From Ignavibacteria bacterium (GTDB lineage Bacteria; Bacteroidota; Ignavibacteria; Ignavibacteriales; Ignavibacteriaceae), in contig JAFLBV010000003.1 of the NCBI GenBank assembly GCA_017302895.1, forward strand, positions 71,115-135,114: DNA of 64,000 nt. Reading direction: 5' to 3'. Positions within the stretch are counted from its first letter, which is position 1; each line of letters begins with the position of its first letter. Position numbers and translations under genes: made by a program. Below the pieces are notes generated by a model. The model searched no databases. It was not told the DNA's origin and worked only from the letters and a program-made list of their open reading frames with translations. Positions 38,548 through 46,805 of this stretch are shown here, in pieces.

Positions 38548-40125
38548 TTAAAACTTGAACTCGTCGATTATTTTTTGCACTTCTGCTGCAGTAAGTGTTT
38601 TCTCTCCCGAACTCTCCTGGTTTTTAGTCTCTTTTTTGGGAATTTCTTTCATCGCGTTGTTCTGGTTTATCACCGGGTTACCCGCTCTTGCTCTCAGTCT
38701 TTCTTCAATTTCCTGAAGATAACTTTGCGAACGGGTAATATTATCACCCATTCCCGAGAGTGAATTTCCATGATTTACCGGATTCACCTCAAATGCAAGA
38801 TGCTTTATGTTCATAAGGTGTTTGGCGCTCACATTTTCTGAAACGATGGAGCCACCCCATGTTCCTGGTCCCAATGTCAGAGATGGAAGAAGTGCTGTTG
38901 TATAGCCAACCGCCCCTATCGAGGAAACGGTATTACACAAAATTCTGAAAGCCGGTTTCTCTAATGCAAACTTCATTATAATTTCACGGTCGTTCGAATG
39001 AATCACCATTGTGTGACCTACCCCGCCGAAATGCAGGAGGTCGATACATCTATGGCAGCCTTCAAGCCAGCCGTCTACAGTATAAAAAGCAAGTATCGGA
39101 GACAATTTCTCGTAGGAAAGAGGTTCTTCCTTCCCGACTTTATCACATTCAGCCACAAGAACTTTGATATTCTCCGGAACAGTGAATCCAGCATAGTTGG
39201 CGATCCATGGGGCAGGTTTTCCCACTATTTCAGGATTTACTCTGCCACCTTTAAGAATTGCAGCCCCGAGCTTCTTTTTCTCTTCCTCATTAACAAAGTA
39301 GCAACCGGCGGATTTTGCCTCTGCAATCGCCGTTTCCCTGATTGACCTGTCAACTATCATAGCCTGTTCGGAAGAACAAAGTGTACCGTTGTCAAAGGTG
39401 GTGCCGTAAACAATATCGAGAACCGCTTTTTTAACATTGGCACTTTTCTCAATGAATGCAGGAACATTACCGGCTCCCACGCCGTAGGCAGGAGTCCCCG
39501 AACTGTAAGCAGCCTTCACCATCGGAGTGCTTCCGGTGGCGAGTATCACTGCGATGTTTTTATCTTTCATCAGGGCTTCTGTGCCCTCGATTGTCGGTGT
39601 ACGGAGGCATTGAATCAATCCTTTCGGAGCACCTTCCCTCTCAGCCGCCTGTGCAACAATTGCGAGGGCTTCAGCAGTACAGTTCACCGTTCTGGGATGA
39701 GGAGAAGCAACGATGCCGTTTCTGCACTTCAGGGAAATAATAGCTTTAAACATTGCCGTTGATGTAGGATTGGTGGAAGGAACCAGTGCGGCTACAACTC
39801 CCATCGGTTCTGCAATTTTCAGTACCTTGCCGCCGTGCAAACTCTCGATTACACCACAACTTTTAAGGTCTTTTATCGATTCCCACACATTTTTTGTGGC
39901 AAACTGATTCTTTACTACCTTGTCCTGCCACTTGCCAAATCCGCTCTCTTCACAAGCCATTTTTGCGAGTTTCTCAGCAGCAGCATAACCTGCATCAGCC
40001 ATCGCCTTTACAATGCGATCAACCTGATCCTGTGAGAAATGCTTGAATTCCATTTGAGCCTCTTTGGCTCTCCTCGAAAGCTCTCTTGCCTCTTGTATCG
40101 AGAGCAGGTCTTTATCAATATTCAT
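38548..40125 (-). CDS. Acetylating (CoA-dependent) aldehyde dehydrogenase, EutE/PduP-like, with about 70-aa C-terminal tail
   Basis: The N-terminus LSIQEARELSRRAKEAQMEFKHFSQDQVDRIV and the catalytic Cys context DNGTLCSSEQ are typical of EutE-type enzymes. At 525 aa it is longer than the roughly 460-470 aa core. Confidence 0.8.
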   Translation of the reverse strand: MNIDKDLLSIQEARELSRRAKEAQMEFKHFSQDQVDRIVKAMADAGYAAAEKLAKMACEESGFGKWQDKVVKNQFATKNVWESIKDLKSCGVIESLHGGKVLKIAEPMGVVAALVPSTNPTSTAMFKAIISLKCRNGIVASPHPRTVNCTAEALAIVAQAAEREGAPKGLIQCLRTPTIEGTEALMKDKNIAVILATGSTPMVKAAYSSGTPAYGVGAGNVPAFIEKSANVKKAVLDIVYGTTFDNGTLCSSEQAMIVDRSIRETAIAEAKSAGCYFVNEEEKKKLGAAILKGGRVNPEIVGKPAPWIANYAGFTVPENIKVLVAECDKVGKEEPLSYEKLSPILAFYTVDGWLEGCHRCIDLLHFGGVGHTMVIHSNDREIIMKFALEKPAFRILCNTVSSIGAVGYTTALLPSLTLGPGTWGGSIVSENVSAKHLMNIKHLAFEVNPVNHGNSLSGMGDNITRSQSYLQEIEERLRARAGNPVINQNNAMKEIPKKETKNQESSGEKTLTAAEVQKIIDEFKF

Positions 40126-40249
40126 TGAATTTCCTTAAAAAATCTCATCTCGAAATATATAGATTATTTCCCTAACTATCAATTCTATTAAATATTGAGT
40201 TGGGAGATGTTTCATTACTTCAGAACTCCTGAACCTCGGAACTCCAGTA

Positions 40250-40313
40250 CCTCAGTATCTCGGAAGTTCAGAGGTTCTGAAACTCTGAGGTTCTACTTCA
40301 CAAAAAGCATCTT
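40250..40313. repeat. Dispersed repeat, copy A (covers the last 6 codons and 3' flank of the T9SS gene)
   Basis: 59/64 identical to 43067-43130 by hand alignment. Contains ...GAGGTTCTGAAACTCTGAGGTTCTACTTCACAAAAAGCATCTT. Confidence 0.9.
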
Positions 40314-43022
40314 ATCCGAGCGGATGAACACGGGTTTCAGGTTTGCATCCCTCACGGTGAGGTTGTAGAAATAGACTCCTGATGCCATGTCATTCATCGT
40401 GCCTGTCTTTCCCGGGGTGAAATCCCTCTCATGCTCTCCGGCAGGAAGCCAGCCGTTGTTCAATACCGCAACGGTTGACCCGTTTACATCGTAAACCCTC
40501 AGGATCACCTCTCCCGGTTCTTCAAGCCTGAATCTTATTGTTGTGGATGGGTTGAACGGGTTGGGATAGTTTTGGTAGAGTACCACTCCCTTGGGTGAAA
40601 GTTCTCCTCCTTCTGCAATATCAGTCAGTACCACCGTTACACTGTCCCATTTGCTAACAAGTCCCTGATTATCCCTCGCTGTGATTTTGTATGTATAGTT
40701 TCCTGTCGGGTCAGAGATTGAATCGGTAAACATTGTGTCTCTGCCCGTATATATTCTGTTTAATTCTCCCGGGATGAAATACGGGTCTCTCCCCCTGTGA
40801 AGTGAGAATGAATTGAAATCCGCCTCTGTACCTCCCCGCCAGTGAATCTCCATCCTCCCCTCGCCTTTCAGGAGAGTGCCGGAGGCATCACCACGCGAGG
40901 GTAAAGGGGGTGAGGTGACAAGAGTAAAACTCGGTTTTTTGGGTGCCAGGTCAAGATATTCGTATCTCTGACCGTAGGGACCTCCATACCTTCCGATGTC
41001 ACTTCTGGTTCCGTCAACATCAAGTATAGTCGGGTCACCGGCATCTATGAGGGGGGAATACATCTGAAGACGGTAGTTGCTGCTGTCAGTGCCTTCATAC
41101 ATCGGGTCATACGAGGTATAGATTAGAGTATCGGGATTAAGTTTTGAAATGTCATTGGAGATTGTGCCGTTGCCATAAAAGTTGTTGTAATTGATGCTGC
41201 CTGCAACCACATTTTCTCTGTATAAATCGAATACTACACCACATGAATCAACAGTGTTGTTTATAAAATTAATTGGTGAGTATGCTGTCCAAGGTTCTAC
41301 AACATTAGTGAATAATCTGAAGATATTGTTTGCAAAAAAACCCCTCCCCAGCCCAACACCTGTTGACGCATTACCCCCAAAAGAAATCAAATTATTGTAG
41401 AATCTGGCTGTTCCCCCAAAAAGTCCTAATGCAATCGCTTTCCAATCATTGTACAGAATCAAGTTTTCGCTTATAAGTCCCGTACTCAATGATAATGTGT
41501 AAATATTTTTATACATGATGTTTGACCTTATTTCTATTGGAGGTGCAGATGTTTGATAAGCAGTTTCTATAGCTGTTTCTGCACCTGTAAATAGATTCAT
41601 TGACGCTTCTCCTGTTCCTGACCACACCGATAGAGCGTACCGAAAATTACCAAGAAACAGGTTGTTACGAATTCGAACTTTTGTTATTCCTGCAGGCCAT
41701 GAAATATACAAACCACTGTGATAAGTAGTAGCCTTTTTTGTTCTAAAAGTGAGGTTTTCAAGTGTAATGTTATCCCTCATGAAAAATGCATATATCTCCG
41801 AAAACTGAGGAAACCCGCTCAAATCCACAATACAACTGTCAACATCAATACCGATTATTGCAAGGTCTCTTCCCTGGTGTTCTGATACCACCTGCTCCCT
41901 GTAAACACCTGTTCCGATCAGTATCGTATCTCTACTCTCACACATGTCCACAACTTTCTGTATGCTGTCAGATGCAGTTGCCCAGGTGGTGTATGGATAC
42001 ACAGGGGTTGGATTCCCCGCTTTTACATAGCGGATGGTTGGTACAACAGCCCGACCGCTCCCTGAATGTGGAGTCCGTCCAGAGTGACCCTTCTCAGCAA
42101 TCTCATCTTTTTTGTTGAGGTATCTTGTCTTTATATTGCTGTCCGTCTTACTGAGCATTTGGCTGTTCTTCAGCGAGAAGCGTTCCGGTATTCTATCCTT
42201 GTCTCTGCCATAAACATACCAGATTAACTCATCCATCACTTCAATATTATCGATGTAAAGTTCTCCGTGATTCACTGTGCTGATACCTTCAGGAAGTACA
42301 ACTGCATACGATATATTCATCGATTTTATGCTTTGCGGATCGATTGTACCGGATGAACTGTTATTGAAACTGCTTATTATTCGCAAATCGTATGGAAGAA
42401 TGATCAGCGTAAAAAACTCATCGGACAAATCGTCCCATTTTACTTCCTTCCCCGCTAATGTGACGGTTGTCGTCTTCCCCGATATGTCTGTCAGGTTCAG
42501 GTTCACCCGTAATGAACAAACCGTGATGTTCGAATCAGGCCTTCCTCCTCCCTTTAACTTAAATTGTGCCAGATATTGTATCAGCATTGAATTTGGAAGT
42601 CCCGGCAGATTTGTAAAATTGTAATCCCTTTCCTGATAAATGAAAGGACCTTCAACGAGTGTGATTTCCTGGCGGGTTTTGGTGCAGGTTGTGTCTGTCA
42701 GCCACCTTTCAGATAATTTGGTTTTGACATAACTCCCCAATTGATCGCTTATGACAGTTGTGTAATTGGAGTCACGGTTCATTCTGACAGTGCCGGGATA
42801 CATACCACCACTGCCTCCTTCTGCCTCCCAGATATTATGGATAGCGTGAGAGAGTAGTTTCTCCCAGTCAATTTGGCTGTCATCGGGTTCAGATATATTC
42901 CAAAAGCTGTTTTGTGCAAAATTTTTCCCGAAAGGTATCCCGTTTGGTACCTGTGATTTTATAGTTTGTCCCAAAATGATTGAAAAAATAACACAACTTA
43001 ATAAACTGTATCTACAGGTCAT
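40293..43022 (-). CDS. Large secreted right-handed beta-helix protein with T9SS C-terminal sorting domain
   Basis: 909 aa with a signal peptide. Repeated beta-helix-like turns are IRNNLFLGN, YNNLISFGGN, FANNIFRLF and FINNTVDSCG. An FN3-like region follows, then the CTD LYQNYPNPFNPSTTIRFRL...GVYFYNLTV...KMLFVK. Confidence 0.75.
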   Translation of the reverse strand: MTCRYSLLSCVIFSIILGQTIKSQVPNGIPFGKNFAQNSFWNISEPDDSQIDWEKLLSHAIHNIWEAEGGSGGMYPGTVRMNRDSNYTTVISDQLGSYVKTKLSERWLTDTTCTKTRQEITLVEGPFIYQERDYNFTNLPGLPNSMLIQYLAQFKLKGGGRPDSNITVCSLRVNLNLTDISGKTTTVTLAGKEVKWDDLSDEFFTLIILPYDLRIISSFNNSSSGTIDPQSIKSMNISYAVVLPEGISTVNHGELYIDNIEVMDELIWYVYGRDKDRIPERFSLKNSQMLSKTDSNIKTRYLNKKDEIAEKGHSGRTPHSGSGRAVVPTIRYVKAGNPTPVYPYTTWATASDSIQKVVDMCESRDTILIGTGVYREQVVSEHQGRDLAIIGIDVDSCIVDLSGFPQFSEIYAFFMRDNITLENLTFRTKKATTYHSGLYISWPAGITKVRIRNNLFLGNFRYALSVWSGTGEASMNLFTGAETAIETAYQTSAPPIEIRSNIMYKNIYTLSLSTGLISENLILYNDWKAIALGLFGGTARFYNNLISFGGNASTGVGLGRGFFANNIFRLFTNVVEPWTAYSPINFINNTVDSCGVVFDLYRENVVAGSINYNNFYGNGTISNDISKLNPDTLIYTSYDPMYEGTDSSNYRLQMYSPLIDAGDPTILDVDGTRSDIGRYGGPYGQRYEYLDLAPKKPSFTLVTSPPLPSRGDASGTLLKGEGRMEIHWRGGTEADFNSFSLHRGRDPYFIPGELNRIYTGRDTMFTDSISDPTGNYTYKITARDNQGLVSKWDSVTVVLTDIAEGGELSPKGVVLYQNYPNPFNPSTTIRFRLEEPGEVILRVYDVNGSTVAVLNNGWLPAGEHERDFTPGKTGTMNDMASGVYFYNLTVRDANLKPVFIRSDKMLFVK

Positions 43023-43066
43023 TGATCCGTCTTCTTTTAGTTTTTACAAATTGTTGAACCCCGGTC

Positions 43067-43130
43067 CCTCAGTTTCTCCAAAGTTCTGAGGTTCTGAAAC
43101 TCTGAGGTTCTATTTCACAAAAAGCATCTT
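43067..43130. repeat. Dispersed repeat, copy B (intergenic relic reading KMLFVK-stop on the minus strand)
   Basis: 59/64 identical to 40250-40313. It lies between the T9SS gene start (43022) and the stop of the PEGA-like gene (43152). Confidence 0.9.
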
Positions 43131-43151
43131 CCTTCTCCGGACTGCATATAT

Positions 43152-43736
43152 CTACTCGAGTATAACGGTAAATGTTTTATGTTCCTTATCCACAAAAATT
43201 TCCTGCTTCAAGGGGGTCCTTCCTTCCTTGATGATTTTAATTTTGTGATTTCCCGGACTCAATTTCACAGGAAGATTATGATCAGTTTTCTTGAAATCCA
43301 CAAAAAGTTCGGCATCGGGTGGTGATATGGTAAATGTCACTTCAATTATTCCGGGATCATTTTCAGCAAGCTTTGGCTCAATCGAATAGGGCAAAACATC
43401 CGACGGTTGAAGTGGTGGTATATTAATCAGAACGGGTTTGAACCCCGGAGCAGAGACCTCTATTACCTGATCGTGAGTATCAAATATTACGATGTACCGT
43501 TTTTCCGCTGCTTCAAAAACGGGACCAATTAAGGTATCAGTCTTGCAGGTAAATTTTAGATTATCGAGGGAAGAGTAAACTATCAGGGCAGCCCTGTTCG
43601 GAAAGATGTAGAAATCGGGTTCGCCGCCTTTATATTGTGTGGGCCCGGCTTTTAGTTCGTTTTCCTGAGAAGAGAGGGGACAGGAAAGGAGTGCCAAAAT
43701 TATTAACAGGAACAGATTTTTCATAGTAATTCTCAA
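43152..43736 (-). CDS. Secreted PEGA-domain-like protein, function unknown
   Basis: Signal peptide MKNLFLLIILALLSCPLSSQ. The PEGA-like segment reads ISPPDAELFVDFKKTDHNLPVKLSPGNHKIKIIKEGRTPLKQEI. Confidence 0.55.
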   Translation of the reverse strand: MRITMKNLFLLIILALLSCPLSSQENELKAGPTQYKGGEPDFYIFPNRAALIVYSSLDNLKFTCKTDTLIGPVFEAAEKRYIVIFDTHDQVIEVSAPGFKPVLINIPPLQPSDVLPYSIEPKLAENDPGIIEVTFTISPPDAELFVDFKKTDHNLPVKLSPGNHKIKIIKEGRTPLKQEIFVDKEHKTFTVILE

Positions 43737-43918
43737 TTAGTAAATCTCAAAATACAAAACCCCGTCAAACTAAAGAAATATCAATAAAAATATTCAGAAA
43801 ACAACAAAAAACCGTGTGATCAGAAGAATTTGTGCTACCATTTTTGTGTACAGTCTGCTCTCCTGAACTTTACTATGTTTGTATCGGAAATTTTAATCAC
43901 ATTTAAAGCGGATGATAT

Positions 43919-44974
43919 ATGAACACAAAAACCATAAAAGCTTATGGCACAGAGACCCACGATACACCGATCCATGGTATGGAAATAAAACGGCGGGAGC
44001 TGCTACCGAACGATGTTGAGCTGGATATCCTTTACTGTGGCATCTGCCACTCTGATCTGCATCAAATCAGGAATGAATGGGGATTCACCACATATCCTGT
44101 CGTTCCCGGTCATGAGATAGTCGGAAGGGTAACCCGGGTTGGCGCGGAAGTGACAAAATTTAAGACGGGTGAACTTGCTGCCATTGGGTGTATAGCCGAC
44201 TCATGCAGAAAATGTGAATATTGTGAGGAAGACCTGGAACAGTTTTGTGCTGAAGGAGTAATTTTTTCCTATAACAGTCCTGACAAGCACACAGGCTTAA
44301 TGACATACGGCGGATTCTCCGAGAGTTATGTCTGTGATGAAAATTATGTACTTCGTGTACCTGAAAATCTCGACCCGGCATCAGCGGCACCACTTCTTTG
44401 CGCAGGAATTACAGTTTATTCACCGCTGAAACACTGGCACACAGGACCGGGAAAGAAGGTCGGTATTCTTGGAATGGGCGGTTTGGGACATCTTGCCATT
44501 AAGATTGCTAAGGCTATGGGTGCCGAGGTAACTGTATTTACGACTTCAGCATCGAAGATCGAGGATGCAAAAAGACTTGGTGCTGACAACGCTGTTTTAT
44601 CCACCGATGCGGCAGAGATGAAGAAATATGCCAGGAAACTTAATCTCATTCTCGATACCGTGTCGGCAAAACATGATGTGAATACCTATCTCAATCTTCT
44701 AAAACTGGACGGAAGTGTCGTCATGGTCGGTCTTCCCGCAGAACCCCTCGAGATACATGCTTTCAGTGTGGTAATGGGAAGACGCAGCTTTTCGGGATCG
44801 AGCATAGGAGGAATTGCTGAAACCCAGGAGGTACTCGATTTCTGTGCAAAACACAACATTACAGCGGATATCGAAATGATTCAAATTCAGGATGTTGCCG
44901 GGGCATTTGAACGGCTCGAACGGGGTGATGTTAAGTACCGGTTTGTCATCGATATGGCTTCGCTGAAAAAATAA
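43919..44974 (+). CDS. Zinc-dependent NAD(P) alcohol dehydrogenase (cinnamyl-ADH/YahK-like)
   Basis: GICHSDLH, structural-zinc Cys cluster CRKCEYCEEDLEQFC, and Rossmann motif GILGMGGLGHLA. Confidence 0.88.
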   Translation: MNTKTIKAYGTETHDTPIHGMEIKRRELLPNDVELDILYCGICHSDLHQIRNEWGFTTYPVVPGHEIVGRVTRVGAEVTKFKTGELAAIGCIADSCRKCEYCEEDLEQFCAEGVIFSYNSPDKHTGLMTYGGFSESYVCDENYVLRVPENLDPASAAPLLCAGITVYSPLKHWHTGPGKKVGILGMGGLGHLAIKIAKAMGAEVTVFTTSASKIEDAKRLGADNAVLSTDAAEMKKYARKLNLILDTVSAKHDVNTYLNLLKLDGSVVMVGLPAEPLEIHAFSVVMGRRSFSGSSIGGIAETQEVLDFCAKHNITADIEMIQIQDVAGAFERLERGDVKYRFVIDMASLKK

Positions 44975-45013
44975 GCCGGGCTTAAGAAATCTGCGGTCAT
45001 AATTGTTGATTTT

Positions 45014-45088
45014 GAGAGAATAAAAAGTGATTAAATGTAAACAGAACGCTGTTCGCTGTTAAATTTTCCTTTTTATTCTCTCTTTTTT
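45014..45088 (+). terminator. Long hairpin plus T6, possible terminator of the alcohol dehydrogenase gene
   Basis: Perfect 14-bp inverted repeat GAGAGAATAAAAAG (45014-45027) / CTTTTTATTCTCTC (45069-45082), followed by TTTTTT. The 41-nt loop is atypically long. Confidence 0.4.
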
Positions 45089-45158
45089 GTATATATTCGC
45101 CTCCATATCTCAATTAATTGTCCCGCAGTTTTCATCATACAGTCGGAGGCATATTGTT

Positions 45159-45887
45159 ATGAAAAAAATTGTACCTTTTTTAATCTTTCTTTTCTTCCCT
45201 CTTGTTTCGAACGCCCAGTACGGGGATCATCTCTCGGTTTATTTCGGCGGCGGATATGGCTTTCTTCTCAGTTCCTCAACGGGTGTTACCAAATTTGTTG
45301 ACCGTTACAATTTCACGCGAAAAGCTGTTATTTCAAAACAGATGGAGACCCCCGGCATGATGTCAGGATTCTCTTTCCAGACGGGGATGAAGGGTATGGG
45401 ATTGATGTTTGAACTGGGAATAACTTCAGGCAGCGGCAAAATGACATCTGAAGCCGACCCTTCCAAAGTAGCTCCGGGTAGTGCCACGAGCAGGGAAATC
45501 GACCTCAAATTCAAAGGCTACAACCTTACATTTGGTTTTCAATTTGGAGATCACGGGGTTGCCCTGGGTCCCGTAATGGATGTTTCGATCATAAATCTCT
45601 CCTTCGAAACAAAGACTAACACAAGCGGTGCCGTGGGGGATGATATCGGTACAAATGTTGGAATTGGTGCCGGACTTCAGATCGTCCTCGGTGATATGGA
45701 GGAACGGTCTTTCGAAATTGTGATTAAACCGTCATACATCTTCAGCCTTTTTGGTCCCGATTTTGAAAATCTCTATAAACGAACCGGAACAACTCCCGAA
45801 GAAAAAGATTATTTGCCTGACACAAAAGGCGGGTTTGGTGGTTTTCAACTGAATATTGGCATAAATGTCGGATTTAACTGCATTTAG
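45159..45887 (+). CDS. Hypothetical secreted beta-rich protein (outer-membrane barrel guess), paralog 1
   Basis: GGAGG lies 9 nt upstream of ATG 45159. Signal peptide MKKIVPFLIFLFFPLVSNAQ, then alternating Gly/aromatic beta-strand-like pattern. It ends in GGFGGFQLNIGINVGFNCI. Confidence 0.55.
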   Translation: MKKIVPFLIFLFFPLVSNAQYGDHLSVYFGGGYGFLLSSSTGVTKFVDRYNFTRKAVISKQMETPGMMSGFSFQTGMKGMGLMFELGITSGSGKMTSEADPSKVAPGSATSREIDLKFKGYNLTFGFQFGDHGVALGPVMDVSIINLSFETKTNTSGAVGDDIGTNVGIGAGLQIVLGDMEERSFEIVIKPSYIFSLFGPDFENLYKRTGTTPEEKDYLPDTKGGFGGFQLNIGINVGFNCI

Positions 45888-46001
45888 ATGATGCCGGATT
45901 GTTCAGCAACAGTCAGGGCGTGTACAGATAAAAAGGAAACTTTTTTTTAATCACAGAGTATATTGATTTAAACCATTAAATCCATTTAATGAGATAACGA
46001 T

Positions 46002-46736
46002 ATGCTCAAAATTTTCAAACTTTTTTGTTCCCTTTTGATTGTTTTTCCTGCCTGGTCACAGTATTACGGTAGCATAGATGCTCCATTTTCCGCCTGGGTG
46101 ACGGGAGGAGCGGACTTCTATTCCATTAACTCCACCGGTCTCGAAAATTTCGCTTATCGTTTCAATTCTGACAGAACTTCAATTCATTCCACTGTGATGA
46201 AACCTCCCCAAATGCTTTCGGGCTATTTTGTCGGAGGGGGTTTCGGCGTAGACGGGGTCGTGGTAGAGTTTTTTTATGCACACCATAAGGGTTCGATGAA
46301 CTCAGAGATCGATCCGCTTTTCGCGACTGACGGAAGTTTCGGCAGATCAATAGACTTAACAGGCAACACTTTTAATATCTCGAGTGGCTATCTCTTTTCG
46401 ATATTTGAAGGAAGTTTTGCAGTAATCGTACCGACCTTCGAAGCCAATATTACTTCGCTCTCATTTACAACAAAGACCACCAATTCACCCAACGAGATAA
46501 AGGGGGATATCGGCACATCAACCAATATATCGATTGGAATGAGTTTCCTTCTCAATCTGACAGGGTCTTTTTACCTCTATGTAAAACCATCATATAATAT
46601 TGACGCTTTTGGTCTCGACTTCCGGCCCCTCTACGAAGGCACCTCCACATATTACCGCCATTTGAGGGAAACTACAGGTTCCTTCGGTGGCTTTGAAATA
46701 AAAGCCGGTATTGCGATTGTTACGGGGTGTTTTTAG
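46002..46736 (+). CDS. Hypothetical secreted beta-rich protein, paralog 2
   Basis: Same length class and shared blocks with the previous gene: SFETKTN/SFTTKTT, DIGTNVGIGAG/DIGTSTNISIG, and the ending GSFGGFEIKAGIAIVTGCF. Confidence 0.55.
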   Translation: MLKIFKLFCSLLIVFPAWSQYYGSIDAPFSAWVTGGADFYSINSTGLENFAYRFNSDRTSIHSTVMKPPQMLSGYFVGGGFGVDGVVVEFFYAHHKGSMNSEIDPLFATDGSFGRSIDLTGNTFNISSGYLFSIFEGSFAVIVPTFEANITSLSFTTKTTNSPNEIKGDIGTSTNISIGMSFLLNLTGSFYLYVKPSYNIDAFGLDFRPLYEGTSTYYRHLRETTGSFGGFEIKAGIAIVTGCF

Positions 46737-46805
46737 CCATTCTGAAAAAGGGGTAAAATTCAATATTTTTCAATATATTTGACGACCACAAATCTGAAAA
46801 GAAGA

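Noticed and set aside
44973-44983. AAGCC-G-GGCTT palindrome right at the alcohol dehydrogenase stop codon, as a possible terminator
   Set aside because: The loop is too small for a stable hairpin and no T tract follows. The longer hairpin at 45014-45088 is a better candidate.
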